In this document: piece by piece, positions 1 to 14,552 of the stretch
Layout: each line of letters begins with the position of its first letter
Position numbering within the stretch: position 1 is the first letter of the stretch
Assembly (NCBI GenBank): GCA_012295275.1
Contig: CM022673.1
Coordinates: 15,066,001 to 15,130,000, forward strand
Direction: 5' to 3'
DNA from: Chrysomallon squamiferum
Lineage: Eukaryota; Animalia; Mollusca
Length of the DNA: 64,000 nucleotides
Notes under the pieces: model-generated
Told to the model about the DNA's origin: nothing
Seen by the model: only the letters and a program-made list of their open reading frames with translations
The model's database searches: none
Made by a program: the position numbers and the translations under genes

Positions 1-2554
1 GACAGAAACCTCAAGAAACGAATGAGACATGGTAATTATTATGTTTTGAATTCTTGAAATTCTTCTGAATTTTTTTTTTATATATAATACCTTTTAAAAT
101 TCCTTTTCATCTCAATACGTTAATGAGATTTAATTGTTTTCATTGATTTAATTATTTTTAATAATGTCACATTTTAAAATGATTATCTTTAATTACATTT
201 AAATTATATCTGTGATACTGATCATTTAAGTACTATATGAATACTACATTTAAACTTTAAACTCTGATGATAATAATAAAACAGCTTGAACACAGATATC
301 AAAAATTTAATTGCAATTATTTTATATAAATGTTCATATTTTACAGTGACTGCTTTTGACATTGATGATATTTTCATGGCTGGTGAGGGTAAATACAGTG
401 CTGACAATGCATACAAGAATTCCAAACTGGCCAATGTTTTGTTCACCTATGAGCTAGCCAAACAACTGCAGGACAGAGGAGTAACAGCTAACTGTGTTTG
501 TCCAGGTAACTTAAATCAGTTTAAACAGATAGAAAATATAGATGTATTGATGGATAGATACAGATATACTGAAGAATAATCGACAGAGCACCACCCAGCA
601 GCTCCGATGTAACAAATCTTTTTTTTTGACCTGGCAAAGAGGATAACCTCAGCCTTATGATGATGTTAGGAAAAAAATAACTGCATACCTTTAACAACAA
701 CTTTACCACTGTTTAGAGCTTTTACAAATTGTATTATTTATGTTTAATTTTAATTTTTTATTGTAGGTTTCATTCCAGCAACTAATCTGAGTCGTAATGC
801 AACTGCATCTACCAGATTCTTTATCAGATATGTTCTAGGCGGAATGTTTCGTTTCACAAAGATCACTCAGACTGTGGACCAGGGTGCCAGGGCTGTAGTT
901 GAGCTGGTTACTGACGAAAAGTTCAAAGGTGAGTTGTACTTGTAATTTAAATTGTAATTGTGAAACTTTGAATAGTTATGAGGTATTTAGCTCATAATAT
1001 TTTTTTAAATAAAATATCTGTGAAAATAACTGTACTATTGTTTGTTTAGCCAAATTCAGTATAGCTGCAAAGTATGAAGGGGTTGTATAAATCTTTTAAA
1101 TATTTTTTCAAGATCAGATATTTTTTTTTGCTCCAAGTGATTTTTATTATTGTTTATTTCTTTTTTTTAATTTGAGTATTCTAATGCTGCTGCTAACAAC
1201 TAACCTTAAACATTTTGTACATTTCCCAGATTTTTATTTGTTGCTTGTTAGTGTAATATTTTTTAAATTTAACAATTGTGGACAGATGAAAGTTTGTTAA
1301 ATATGTTTTCTACATTGGTCTATTCCAAGATTTTGTTATTTATTTTTCTGTTTTTATTTTTTGTTTTTCAAGAGTATGTTAAAGTTCTAGCAAAATGAAA
1401 ATCATATAATTATATATTCTCATTTTCTTATTTCATTTATTTGTGAATTTTGTGTAGGGGTGAATGGGAAGTATTTCAAAAACCATGCAGAAGCTAGGTC
1501 CTCTGATGAGTCAATGGACGAGGAACTTCGTGTCAAGCTGTGGGAACTTAGTGCACGCTACTGTCACCTGAAGGGATATGAACCATTGGATGCCGAGTTG
1601 CCAGCACAAGAGACTGAGGAAGCAACAGCAAAACCAAAAGGTATTTAGAAAAAACCCAGATCTGAAGCTATCTTTAGTTATGTTGGATACAGAATGATAA
1701 AATTTGTATTTGTTTTGTTACTACTTTGACTTTGTTGGTATGAACATGCTGTTGGATGTGTTATTTTTAGGTAATTTGGTTTGTTACCTTTGCTTAATAG
1801 TAAGATTATCTCTTTATAAGAAGAAATATTAGCAGAGGTTTTTTAAGTCGACAAAGATTTACATTCGAAAAAAAACACTTCATGAACTGTTACTCTTTTA
1901 ATGTGCATTTGCCTATTTTTGTTATTAATTTTTTCTTTTTTGATTAATTATTTGTTGTTTTTTTGAATCAGTGGATTATGTTATGGTAAGCGTATTAAAC
2001 TGTTTCTGGGTGTTTTGAATTTGTAAAAGATTACTTTTCTTAGATCTCTCTATTAGCTGTCTTTTACTGTTTTTTTTTGTTTTTGTTTTTGAAAAATGAT
2101 TATTAGTATGTTAGGAAGTTAGGATCAAATTATTAAACGTAGAGGTTTAGATCATTTTTCTCTTTGTCTAAGGGCACTCTTTTATTGAATTAAAATGGGG
2201 TTAGTAAGTATCATTTTTATTGTGATTTATTATTTTAATTTATTTTAATTAATTGCCATTTTTATTTTGTTTTGTATAATTTTAAATATTTTATTTCATT
2301 TAATATTTGTTGGTTTTTATTTTTTCTCCATGTTTATTGATAACAGCATAACATTAGTCATGTTTTAAATACCTTTGATGGCAGATATGTAAATAAAAAT
2401 AAAATAATAAGAAAAAAGTGACAACACTGAATTGCATAATAAAATAATATTTAAAAAAAAAGAAAAAAAAGTGACAACCCCGAATTGCATAATAAGTTTT
2501 CATCAATGATGAAAAGCATTACTGGCGGCTTATTCCATTCTGTACTGGCAAGGG

Positions 2555-2599
<45 letters not shown>

Positions 2600-4844
2600 T
2601 TGTTAGCAGTATTTAAATTAAATTATTTTGTATAATTCTGTACTGCAATTTAATTGACATTAAAACTGTCAGAAAGTATTTTTCCTTTTAAATAATTTGA
2701 AGTAAATATATTTTTAATAGTCTAAATATTTTTCTAATTTTGTTTAAATGTGAAGTCTTCTGATTTATCATGCAGTTTCATGTTGAAAACCCCCCACAAA
2801 AACCCCCAACAAAAAACACCTTAATAACTAATAAAACATTTGCCATCAAACATTGTGATTAGGAAAACTTTATTTCTCATACTGATATTACTTCATTTCT
2901 TTACTTTTTTGTTGTTTTTAAGTTCAATTTGTTTTGTTCATTACTTTTCATTTCTGAAATTATTTAATTTTTTTTTTTAATTAAACCAAATTCTTACTTT
3001 ATTGTTTTAGTTAATTTCAAGCGGTGGGTGACCATTTGATCATGTTTTAGTTTTGATGCATTTTGTTCAGTATCAGTACTAATTAGTGTATTCTTTGTTA
3101 CTTGTTCCTTTAACAGGTTTATCATAATTATCTCTTTATATTATAGGTAAATGTAGTTCAAATTTAATATACTTTTAAAATGATAGCTATATATAAATTT
3201 GAAGTAACAGCATCAATTTAAAATAATCATAATGCACTTGTTTTGAAAGTATAAATCAGTAATGGTATTATTTTTGTATCATCATTATTATGTTATTGTT
3301 ATTGTTATTGATTATTATTATTATAAATCATATGCTAATTATGTTAGGATAGCACTATAAAAGATTTCAAACTATTAGTTGATAAAAAGAATAGCTTGTG
3401 TTATTGTACAAACACCCACAAACACCTAATATGTGGTTTTTTTAAATGTGTTGAAATATCATTAAATTCATTTATTATTATTAATATATATTTTTTTCTT
3501 ATTTAAGATTCCAATTAAATATGTCTGTTATTTGTGAAATGCATTATTTTTCATTTCAGATGACATTTATTTATTTATTTTATAAAGACATATTTTTTCA
3601 TAAGTATATTTCTTTTTATATATAATTATTTTTCTTAAGAAAACGAAGGCACAGAAGCTGTTGAAACTTCTAAAGATGAGGTGAAAGACAAGGAAGAGAA
3701 ATCGGAAAAGGAAGTGACTGAAGAGAAGAGTGAAGTGAAGGATGAAGAAAAGAAAGAAGAAGAAACTGATAAAACCGAAGAAAAAACTGAAGAGAAAGAT
3801 AAGAAAGAAGGTAAGTAATAACAAGAGAATTGCACTCAAGTGACTGTTAGTGATTTTATTTAATTTGTTTTTTATTTTATTAGTAATATTATTGAGGAAG
3901 ATAATTTTATTAATAATTTTTATATTCTATTATTATTAATAATAATAATAATAAGTAGTAGTCACAGATTCTTGCCTGTATTGTGTATATAGTTACACTG
4001 TCAAAAAATGTACTTATAACTGACTGCTAACCATTTCCACAGCTCAAGTAATCTTAATTACTATAATTAATACACGGTCAAGTTTAATAAAGTTTGTTCA
4101 GAAGACAAGCAAGACTTCTCATTTAGTTATTATCTCATATGGGTTGGTTTGCCAATTCACTTATTTTAAATTTGCCAGGTGCTGAACTGCATTTGCATTC
4201 CAGTACAAAGGCAGCACTATTAGAATATATATTTTGTAAACTACTGGATGAACATCTTTTTGATTTGGAATGCATGATGTTGATTAGATTACAGTGTCTC
4301 TAATATCTTGGCTAAGCAAAATACGTACATTAAGACAAAGTTTGATATTTTAGAGAATATTTTAAAAATCAATTGGATTTGGGTAAATTATTTTTAGATT
4401 ATAGAACATTGCTTGACTAGTACTATATTGTCCATTGGCTTTCTATGTTCTAGATGTCACTGTTGAATAAAGCTGTTCCCAGTTTTCATTAAATGTCTCA
4501 TTTTATTTTTTGGATAAAAATAATTTGATAAAATGCATTGTAATAATGTCATAATGACCCACTGCTCATTTGAAAAGCTTTGACTAGTAACATTTCATTT
4601 CTCCATTTATTAATTTATACATTAAGCAGTACTTCATTTTCTTTCTTTTTTTGTAATTGTCAGGTTTTATAAGTTTTGATAGTCTTAGTTTCACATTAAG
4701 GCATCCATTAATTGGTTGTGTTTTTTTTTTATATTAACAGACACAGAAGAAAAGAAGGAAATGGTTTCAGATGAGAAAGTCACAGATGAAAAGATTGTTG
4801 CAGCTGATGTTGAGCCTGCCAAGACTGAAGTTGCTGCTCAGTAA
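1..4844 (+). CDS. Short-chain dehydrogenase/reductase (RDH/WWOX/protochlorophyllide-reductase-like SDR), 5' part outside the window, with acidic E/K-rich C-terminal extension
   Basis: Exons <1-31, 347-505, 767-928, 1458-1640, 3640-3810, 4741-4844 (TAA), all with GT/AG, all introns phase 1; the spliced frame is open. Translation includes catalytic YxxxK (AYKNSKLANVLFTYELAKQL), GVTANCVCPGFIPATNLSR, TVDQGA, GKYF and KLWELS, typical of the RDH11-14/WWOX/POR-like SDR branch. Confidence 0.9.
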
Positions 4845-7800
4845 ATAAAAACAAAAACAGCAGCACCAGCGATGATAATGGTGATGGTGTGGAATACAGC
4901 AAGACGATGTTATGCACGACAACAGAAGTTAGAAAGATATTTTTTCCTTTATTTCGGACTTGGTAAATATATTAAAGCTTATGCATTGGTCTCCTAAAAT
5001 TGCAGAATTTCCTTGTCGGTCCTGCTATATCTGTATTTATGGACTTGATATTCACAATATTTGTAAGTAGTATTAGACCTATCATTTAACATCAAAAACA
5101 TTTTTGTTTTCTATGTTCCTGAAGTAAATATTTCTTCACTGTGTCATTTAGTGCATCATTTTTCTTGGATAAAATCATTAAAAAAAAAAAAATGGATAAT
5201 TCTATGATATTTAGCTTAGAAATATTTAACTGTTTTACATGCAGAGTAGACCATAGGATATTTTGTTCTTTGTAACTTCTTTTGTGGATAAATAAAAATA
5301 AAATTGGACAATTCATGTACGTTTGGCTTATAAATGTTTTACATGCAGTGCAGATGTCTTGTTTTTAAAGAAACATTAGTATTGTAGTAATGAATTTTGA
5401 TACTGCTACTTTTTTTTCTTTAACTTGTACTAGTAGTCTTCAGTAGTAAGTAGTGAAAAGCTTATTTTTGATAGCAAACTCCTGCTATAAAAATATAAGT
5501 AGTTTTTGGTTTTTTACCTTTTGTATGCAACTTTTTATACTGATCATTCTGAAATGAACATTTACAGCTTTTAAGTCAAAAAAATTTTGAATAGCATTGT
5601 AGTTCTGGTATACATTTTTCTGTTTTTAAATAATTCTTCAAATTTAAAAAAAAAAAAAAAAAAAATATCAATTTTGAAAATTATCAGTGTATGAATGCCA
5701 CACAAGATAAAAAATGTTTTCCCTAAAAAGCCTGAATTTATATTTTGCCACTAAAACAAATTTACATTCATTTGTGCCTTTTTTTTTGTCATTGTGTTGT
5801 GAAAAGTTGAATTTGAAGTGAAATGATAGTTGCTTCAAAATAGTAATTTAATGTAATAATTACTTCATTAATCACAATTTATAATGCTCTTTCTTCTATT
5901 TAACTACATCAGATAAAAACATCTGACATTTTAATTTATTTTCACTTAATTTTAACAGTTTAAATTTTTCTGTTACAGCTTAAAAATTAGTCATTTTGTG
6001 ATAAAAGTTATGTTGAAAATGAAATAAAAGAAATATTGCTTTAAAACTATAAAGTAGGTTAACTATTTTTAATCATTGAAACATATTTGAAAAATTAATC
6101 TGAAGACTTACAAAGTTTAAATTGGATCTCAAACAACTTAAATAAAAATAAAAAAAAATCTCAATTTGCAGAAAAACTTAATATAATCTCAAATTTGGTT
6201 GTTATGGTTATGGCTTACATATTGCTGATATTCAGCATACTAAAAAAAACTAATAATAATAAAAAAAAAAAAATACGGTAAACAAAATCAGTAATATTGT
6301 AAGTGTTTTAATTGTTTTTTTAATTTGTTCTTGCTATGTGTTATGCAATCAGTATGTGTTTATACATTTTACTAACCTTTTCACTGGGTTTGTTACTAGC
6401 CATTTTGTTAATTTTTTTGTTTTTTCTTTTACAAAATATCTCATGTATGTTATAACAATCATATTTGTATTATTTTATATTATTTTCATAAAATAAACTA
6501 GGTTATTAATTTCCCCCACCCCTGCTTTGATATTTAGTGCAATACTCAATGGTTCCTGGTCATTTTTTTAGATTTGATACTCATTTATAACCTGTTGTAC
6601 AATTTTCAAATTTGTTCATAAAATTATTGGCTTTGTCAAAAAAGTATATTTAAGTTAAGGTGGCAATACTAATAAGTATATTTAATTTACACCATTGATA
6701 AATAGCTTATGACTATAAAATAATGATTGTTAAGATCTATTTTTAATTTATTGAATAAAGTAATGCAGAATGAAAAATTATTGAGAGGTGTCAGCATAAC
6801 GAGAAAACATTTACACCTCAGAATTTATGACCTTGAAATTATAATACTTTATTAGTAGTAAATATTGATAATAAATAACAATATTTAAATTTGAGGCATA
6901 ATGCTGCTGTGTCACCAACTTAAATATATTTGTTTAAACAGCTTCTGACTGTATATTATAAATTTCTTTCATCAGTTTTGTACATTTTTCATAATCTCTT
7001 CAATACTGCTTTTAAAAACAACTGTTAGAATATTAAATATTTTTGTACTTTTTCTTTGCTTCTATCATTATTCTCTTTAGAGTCATCATTTCGATGTTTA
7101 GCGATGGAATATGATTCACTTGTAATTTTATTAAAGGTGATATTTTTTTGCAAAAAAGAACAGAAAAACAAGTTTTTGCTTTATATGTGCCTTCATTATT
7201 TTTTTTTTGTGCAATGCATTTTTATATATATATATATATATATAGAGATTTTTGACTCACTGTGCTCAAACAAATATTTTTATTTTTGTTTTTTCAAGCC
7301 ATTTTATTATTATTACTGTGACTGGTGCTAAATGTTTTTTTTGCTATTAGATCTTACTGTATTTTTCATTCACTTCAGTTCTGTCAGAATTTCTGTTAGT
7401 TTTGTTTTACAAATTCCTTCACCTTTAATGGGTTTTTTAATTTTTTGTTTGTTTGTTTTCCCACTGTAAGATATTAATTTTAGAATAATATGTCTTGTCT
7501 GTTTGCTCAAGTTTTATGTTAGTTTGGTTTCACAGTGTAGTTTACATGGGTTTGGTCTATTTAATATATTAATAATGGCACTTTCAAATTTTGCTTTTAC
7601 AAAAATAGTGTTATATTATTAATATGAAAACTTTTACACATACAAAACAAAATGTGCACTGCTGGTTCAGTTTGTTTTGGTTTTAATTTTAAAAACAAAT
7701 ATATATATTAAAGATAATTTTTACAAAGAGCATTTCTTTGAAATTATTCTTTTGGTACATTATTTTTTGTGCCATATTTTTGTATGTAATAGTTTAATAA

Positions 7801-9913
7801 CCTTTTTGGGGGGGCGTCAAATATTTAAGCACTGTAAATATTTTTGTGATCATTACTTGGCCTTTCGTAACTTAATTACATCTGCCACTATTTGTATTTT
7901 CAACCTACTTCTCTGTATTTTCTTTTTTAATTTATATATTGAAAAATGTTTCTTTTTGTCTGAAAAGGTAAAGCTGACTTCACTTGGATATGTTTTCTAG
8001 GTAACCAATATGAATTTACAGAATTTATTAAGAAAAAAAACACACATTTGATTTGACACTGGTATCTTGTCTTTGATAACTTTTAATCATTGTTTGAACA
8101 TTGTATTCTCATGTTTACTGTTTTCTAGACACCAGGGTGAAATTAATTATTATTTTTTTTTTGGAATACTTAGATGCCTGATATGCTATCTTTAATTATA
8201 TATTAATATTTGAACATTTTAATCATAATCTTGCACTGATCTCTTTTATTCAGTTATTATTGTTAACAAATGTGTTTAAAACCAAATTTACAAGCAGAAT
8301 TAAATATGTGATTATTTCACATCCAGTTATAAATCTGAACAGGTTCCAAATTTTCAAACTTTTATAACCAGGAAATGCCATTAGTAGAATAATTATAACA
8401 TACACGTTGTTTATTTTGGAGTCACTGCTTTGTCTGTCTTCCAGAAAGCACCATTGACTGCTATACACAGCTAATATTATTACTGATCATGATCATCTCT
8501 TGTTTCCTAGCAATTTAATATTTTGGTGTAATCTTCATGTCGAAGTAGTTAACTGTAGTGCAATATAGTTATCTCCCTTTAGTGTATTTTTAATTTAAAA
8601 AAATCATTGTGCTGGGATAATATGTATTTTTTAATGTTTGTTTATTTTTATTTATTTATTTATTTTATTAATACTTTTTTCTGTTTTTATATGCAATACA
8701 GTTCTAGTCATGAGGGCCAATTTATACTTAATGTCATAATTATACAGCACTTGTTGGTATACAGAACAAATTTACCTTTTGATATAAACATACATAAATT
8801 TTTATTACATATGTGTTTTAAATGCAACTGATGTACTGATTCGTGTTAAAAATGAAATGGTTTGGTAACAAATTCTTGGAAATGAAAATGAATATATTAT
8901 TCTTACAAAAATAATAAAAAAAAAAAAAAAATAATAATAATTTCTGTAATTTAGATAAAGAACATAACTGCTTCCATACGTCAAAAGAATTTGATTCTGT
9001 TATACATGAAACAAAATACACTATGACAGTGTCCCTTTTTTGTTTTTCAGTATTAGATTTTGGCAAATAAAACTATTTATTTAATATTTTATTTCATAAT
9101 ATTTCTTTTTAAATAGTTTATATTCATCATGTAATCACCCTTCATTTTTAATTTTTGTTTACATTTGCTTTTCAGAAATGTGGAATTTTGGTTTATTTTC
9201 AATTTGTTTTACTACTTTAAAAAACCAAACAAAAAAACCCAACAAACAGCCATAAACTAAATAGAAAAGGTATTACCTAAGTTTAATTTAATAATAAATT
9301 AATGAATTACAGTAATGCATAAGAATTTTTATATCATCAGATCTCAATAGATTTTCGTAAGATAAATGTATCATTATTTTTTTAATATTTTTTTTTAAAA
9401 ATAAAACTTAAAATACGGCGCTCCATTTGGACAATTTTAATTAATTAATAATTGTCATTTTTGTAATATTCATCTTAAGCAGTTGTTATCTTTGCAGATG
9501 TATTTTTATCAGTTTCTGCTAATTAAAATTTTTATTGCATAAATATATTCTATATGTATGATTCTATTATGCGACATTTGTTTTTGATAAAAATGGCCTT
9601 TTTTGGAACAGAAATCACAAGCTTTTATAAATGTATTTGCATTCCATTGTGAAAGACTTCTGTTTTGTCAAATTGTGAGAACGCTGTTTAATAAATAAAG
9701 TAGTTAGACAATTCATTGGTTATTTGTTTTCTTTTTACATCCACTCTTGTTCAGGTAAGTTTCATTTTTCTCTATACATAACAAGGACATTCAGTATATC
9801 CAGAAATAAACAAACAACAAATATGTTTCTTCTTCTTATTATTATTACTGTTAATATTTTTATTTTTTTATTTATTATTAGTATTAACTGTTGTTTCAAT
9901 TACAATAATAATA

Positions 9914-10190
9914 CAGATTGAGAATCCCTTACTTAGAGGGATGTGATTTGGGTTTCCATATTGTGAGGGTTTAGGATTTAAGGAGTTAGCCTGAAAATAG
10001 GTTGTAAATCTAAATATGAATTCCATTTACATTTTTCAATAACAGCATATACAGATAGAATGCAGGATTTTTTAATATAGTTTTAAACAATTCTGTGCAT
10101 AAAATAACGTTTGTATACGGAAAACAATTTGAAAGCTAACATACGACTATTTCTGCTCCATGGAAATTTCAGGGAAAGGATCATCAATCT
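9914..10190. mobile_element. Possible degenerate Tc1/mariner (Tigger-like) MITE
   Basis: Imperfect terminal inverted repeats: left TA-cagattgagaatccctt, right aaggatcatcaatct (revcomp agattgatgatcctt). ~280 bp, non-coding. Confidence 0.35.
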
Positions 10191-11849
10191 AACAAAAACA
10201 TTGAATTAATGTTTTATTTCTATTTTTGCTTCCACTGTTTGATATTTTATTTTATTTTACTTATATTTTATTTTATTATTACTTTTCTATCTGTCTGCGT
10301 TTTAAATGTGTTTCTAGAGTTATTGAATAAATTTGAAATTAGTAATGAAATAAACATTGGTTGTGGGGTGTATGTTGTCACACTTTTCAGTTTTGATAAT
10401 TATAACTATGGCTTCATTTTCAATTTTTATTATTTTAATTTTGTATGCAGGTTAGGTGAGTGGAAAAAAACAAAAAAATAATTATGATTTTACTCTTCTC
10501 TTTGTTTGTATTTATTTATTTCTTCATCTTCTTCTTATTATTATTTCATTTGTTTTATTTTAAAATTTTAATTGAATATTTTATATAATTTCTTCCAGAC
10601 ATAATAACAGCCTTATTTTAATATAAAGAAACGAGATAAATCAGAACCGATAAATTGGAATTTAAAACTATATACATTTCTTTCTTATATATATAAAATA
10701 AAAGTTTGAAAAGTCTGAAACGTTACTTCATTTGAAATAAAAATATTTATAAATTTGACACGATTTAAACGTTGCAAACAAGAATTTTATACATGCTTGT
10801 TACAATGGCGGATACAAACTGAAGATGTGAAGAAAAGATTGGTTAGCTTAAAATCCAAGATTAAGCGCTTGTATTATATATTTAATGATTGCGGACGACT
10901 TACGTGAAATTCATCAATCATATTCAGTTTTTTGTTAATTAATGTCATTCTGGGTGGAGGAGTTAATTAGATTTTTTGTTAATTAGTCAGCCATAACCCG
11001 AATAATCTGCATGACTGTAGATTTCGCGACTGTTGCACTTATTGATTTCTTAGCCTTGACCTTAATCTCGTCTCCGAGGCATACCTGGCGCATTAATTAA
11101 TTAATTATTATTATTGTTGTTGTTTTGATTTTATCGAAGAGGCAGGTATTTCTTCCCCGACATTTTCTCAATTTTTACTAAAATAAAACAAATATATAAA
11201 TAAGAAAATATAATAAAATAAAATAATAAAAAATTAAATAAAATGAATATTTAAAAAAAAAAAAAAAAATAAATAAAAAAGGAATGGATTGACATTTCCA
11301 GCACTCTATGTAATAGTACTAATCAATTAATTTTAAAAAACGTGGTGGCGGTCGAGGCGGGAAATCAAATGAAATACTGCATACACATTTATATGACAAA
11401 CGTATTTGCTTGTCTGTCAAATACGTGTTATGTTATGTGAGTGTGTTATATGTGCTTTATTCTCTCTGTTATTTATTAGTATTTATATATTTAATGCTAT
11501 AAACGTATATTCTACACTCTTGACTCGTAAATTACTTTTCCACTGTTTCAGAGCGTGCGCAGTGGAAAGACTGTCAGTAACGAGCCGATGCTGCAGTGCA
11601 GTACAGATATAAATACAATGAATTAATGGTTACACTGCCGGGATTACAAGACAAAGAAAACAGTGGCTTTGATATAAACAGACCAGGTGTAGGTTTTTCA
11701 TTCTCTCCATTCTGTTTATTTACACGAAATGGTTTCAGCAGTCTGACTATTTATCCGGTTTCGGGAAAACCGGAATTAGAAGTTTATTAATTTGTGTCCG
11801 TTAAAATACACGTTCGTTCATTACTTTTGATTGCTTGTTTTATATTTTT

Positions 11850-11851
<2 letters not shown>

Positions 11852-11932
<81 letters not shown>
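11852..11932. repeat. (CA)n microsatellite
   Basis: Perfect CA run. One of dozens of SSRs ((GA)n, (TA)n, (TAT)n, (TAG)n, (TATG)n, (CAT)n) that fill the window beyond ~11 kb. Confidence 0.95.
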
Positions 11933-11934
<2 letters not shown>

Positions 11935-12838
11935 AGGCCTTGACCATTTTAGAGAAAGATATTATAATATTATGAAAAAGTACTATCCCCAATAATAAAA
12001 TAAGTTTACAAAATAAACGCTTCTAATTTCGGGGAAAAAAAAAAAATACGGAATGTATTGCAATAATGAACATCTAGACCAATAATTAATCATTTTATTT
12101 CCCTGAAGTTTTATTACTCTACATATTGGTACTTTAATAATAATAATAATAATCATAATAATAATAAAAAAGTTCTCCTTCCCGTCCCGGGACGACACCA
12201 AAATAATCTGTACGTCCGGCACTAAACACAGTATTTTTTTAATTGCTCTTCGGACTGTTACAATTAATTAATGTTATACATACTGTATTATACAGTTATA
12301 TAAATTATATAAAATCACATAAAAAAAGTCCTAAAATATAATATTAGTCATTCAAATACGGTGTGAATAAATATGATATCTATTAACATTTACAAATGAA
12401 ATCTAATATTATTAGCTTGTCATTCTCTTACATACATTTGTGTTTTTTTATCAGTCTTTATACATTTTCATCAGAAAAAAACAATCTATCAAAATTCAAA
12501 ATCGTATTAAAACCTTCGACAATTTTTTTTTTTGTTCTTGGCATTGTGTATGTGTGGATGTATGTATGTGTATGTATATGTATATATAAACGTACGAAGT
12601 ATGTATGTGTGTATGTGTAAAAATATATGTGTGAGTTTGTGTTCGTATCGTCATGCTTATTTTTTAATGACATAAATGACTGTACATAACACAAGAACGT
12701 TATGCATCGCTGGCTTAATGCTTCTTCAGTTTCCGCTGACTCAGCAAAGGTGAGATCCAAGAGAAAGTAAATCAAAGTGAAAAACAGTCTGAGATTTCAT
12801 CTCCTTTCACCGAGCAGGTAAATTATTTTTACTAGATT

Positions 12839-12935
<97 letters not shown>

Positions 12936-13322
12936 TTTATTAATATTTATATGCCTTCTGTTAAAACACTTACTCATACACAGAATAGGCCGACATACAA
13001 AACAAGGAACGCATTCACAAAACAGTAACAGTAGAGAACGAATATTTATATAGTTATTATATTGTTGTTGTTGTTCATGGTGATGGTGATGGTGGCGGTT
13101 TTGTTATTAATAATTTTCTTGTTGTTTTTTGGTTATAAATTTATTTTATTTGTGCCAGTTTAAAATTGTATTCTTAAAAAATCAGTAATGCAACTGGAAC
13201 TGAATAAATTATTTAAATTAAAAAAAAAAAAAAAAAAGAAAGAAAGAAAAAAAACATGTTGTATTATGAAATATTAATACCAATGATTCATGACTGCAAT
13301 ACTGTCGAGTAAACAGTTTTCA

Positions 13323-13375
<53 letters not shown>

Positions 13376-13959
13376 TGGTTGAATTGGTAGTTAATAAAAC
13401 TAAAAAAAAAAAAAAAATTAAAACTCTCGCAACAGTAACATTTATGAATAAAAAACTAAATGAAATTGATTGTGTCAGTGACATCATAATGACGTACGTA
13501 GCACAATTAAAAGCAGACGGTTTTCTGTAAGTGACACCGACTTGTACTTAACGCCTCGAGCATTGAAAATATGTCTTCATTCATAATATAGCTGTCGTTG
13601 GTGTTGCTGCATGCACTTCCCTTTTAATTAATGTAAAGAAGGTTACTATAGCTACGGGGAATTAATACTCGGAGCAGGGTAGGTCGTTGTGACCATAACC
13701 AGCGCGTGCACACTTTTTCTTCTTTATAATATAGTTCATTTCATGTTGAAATTATTGCACATAATTGTTCAGTATTATTTACAATAATCCAAATTCATTC
13801 TCTAGTTTAGATTTAAAAAAACCCCCATAAAAATATAAATAAAAATAAGAAGAAAAAAGTAATTCAACAGTTTTCATTTAAAAAATAAGAAATAAAATTG
13901 TTTTAATGTATAGCTGATTATTTATTTATTTATTTATTTATTTATTATTATTGTTGTTG

Positions 13960-14018
<59 letters not shown>

Positions 14019-14521
14019 TTATATCTTTTATTATTATTATTATTTATTTTTTTGGGCGACAACGAAATCAATATACGTGAAACTATTACTCTCGAGAGAT
14101 GTCAGACTAACAAAAACAAACAAATACAACATTATTTAATTTCATTTAATTTTTGTGCTATTTAGGATTGCAGTATAAAAGATATAACTAGTTATTGTCT
14201 TAAAATATCAGCTTTATCCTGTTCAGATCGAATGACAATTGCAACTCGGTTTAAGACAGTATACGTTTATGTCAATGTGTGTGTGTGTTTGTGGGTGTGT
14301 ATACATATATATACATACACACAGACACAGACAGACATACATGTATATATGTATCAAAACAAATAATCTTCACCATCTGTCGTTTTATGGATATTTTATA
14401 TTAATATATGCATATCAAATATGTGCAACCGGTGGAGAAAGACAAATCGTATCTCATATCCCTATCAGAGAAATAAACCATCAAACTAACTGAGAACAAT
14501 AAAATGTTTTAATATTTAAAT

Positions 14522-14552
<31 letters not shown>

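Noticed and set aside
2365-2560. Short direct duplication (aaaaaagtgacaac..gaattgcataataa x2) with possible TIR-like ends
   Set aside because: Ends match too poorly to call a transposon; probably a local slippage duplication.
3567-3839. Minus-strand F/L/S-rich ORFs
   Set aside because: Antisense shadow of the E/K-rich SDR exon 3640-3810.
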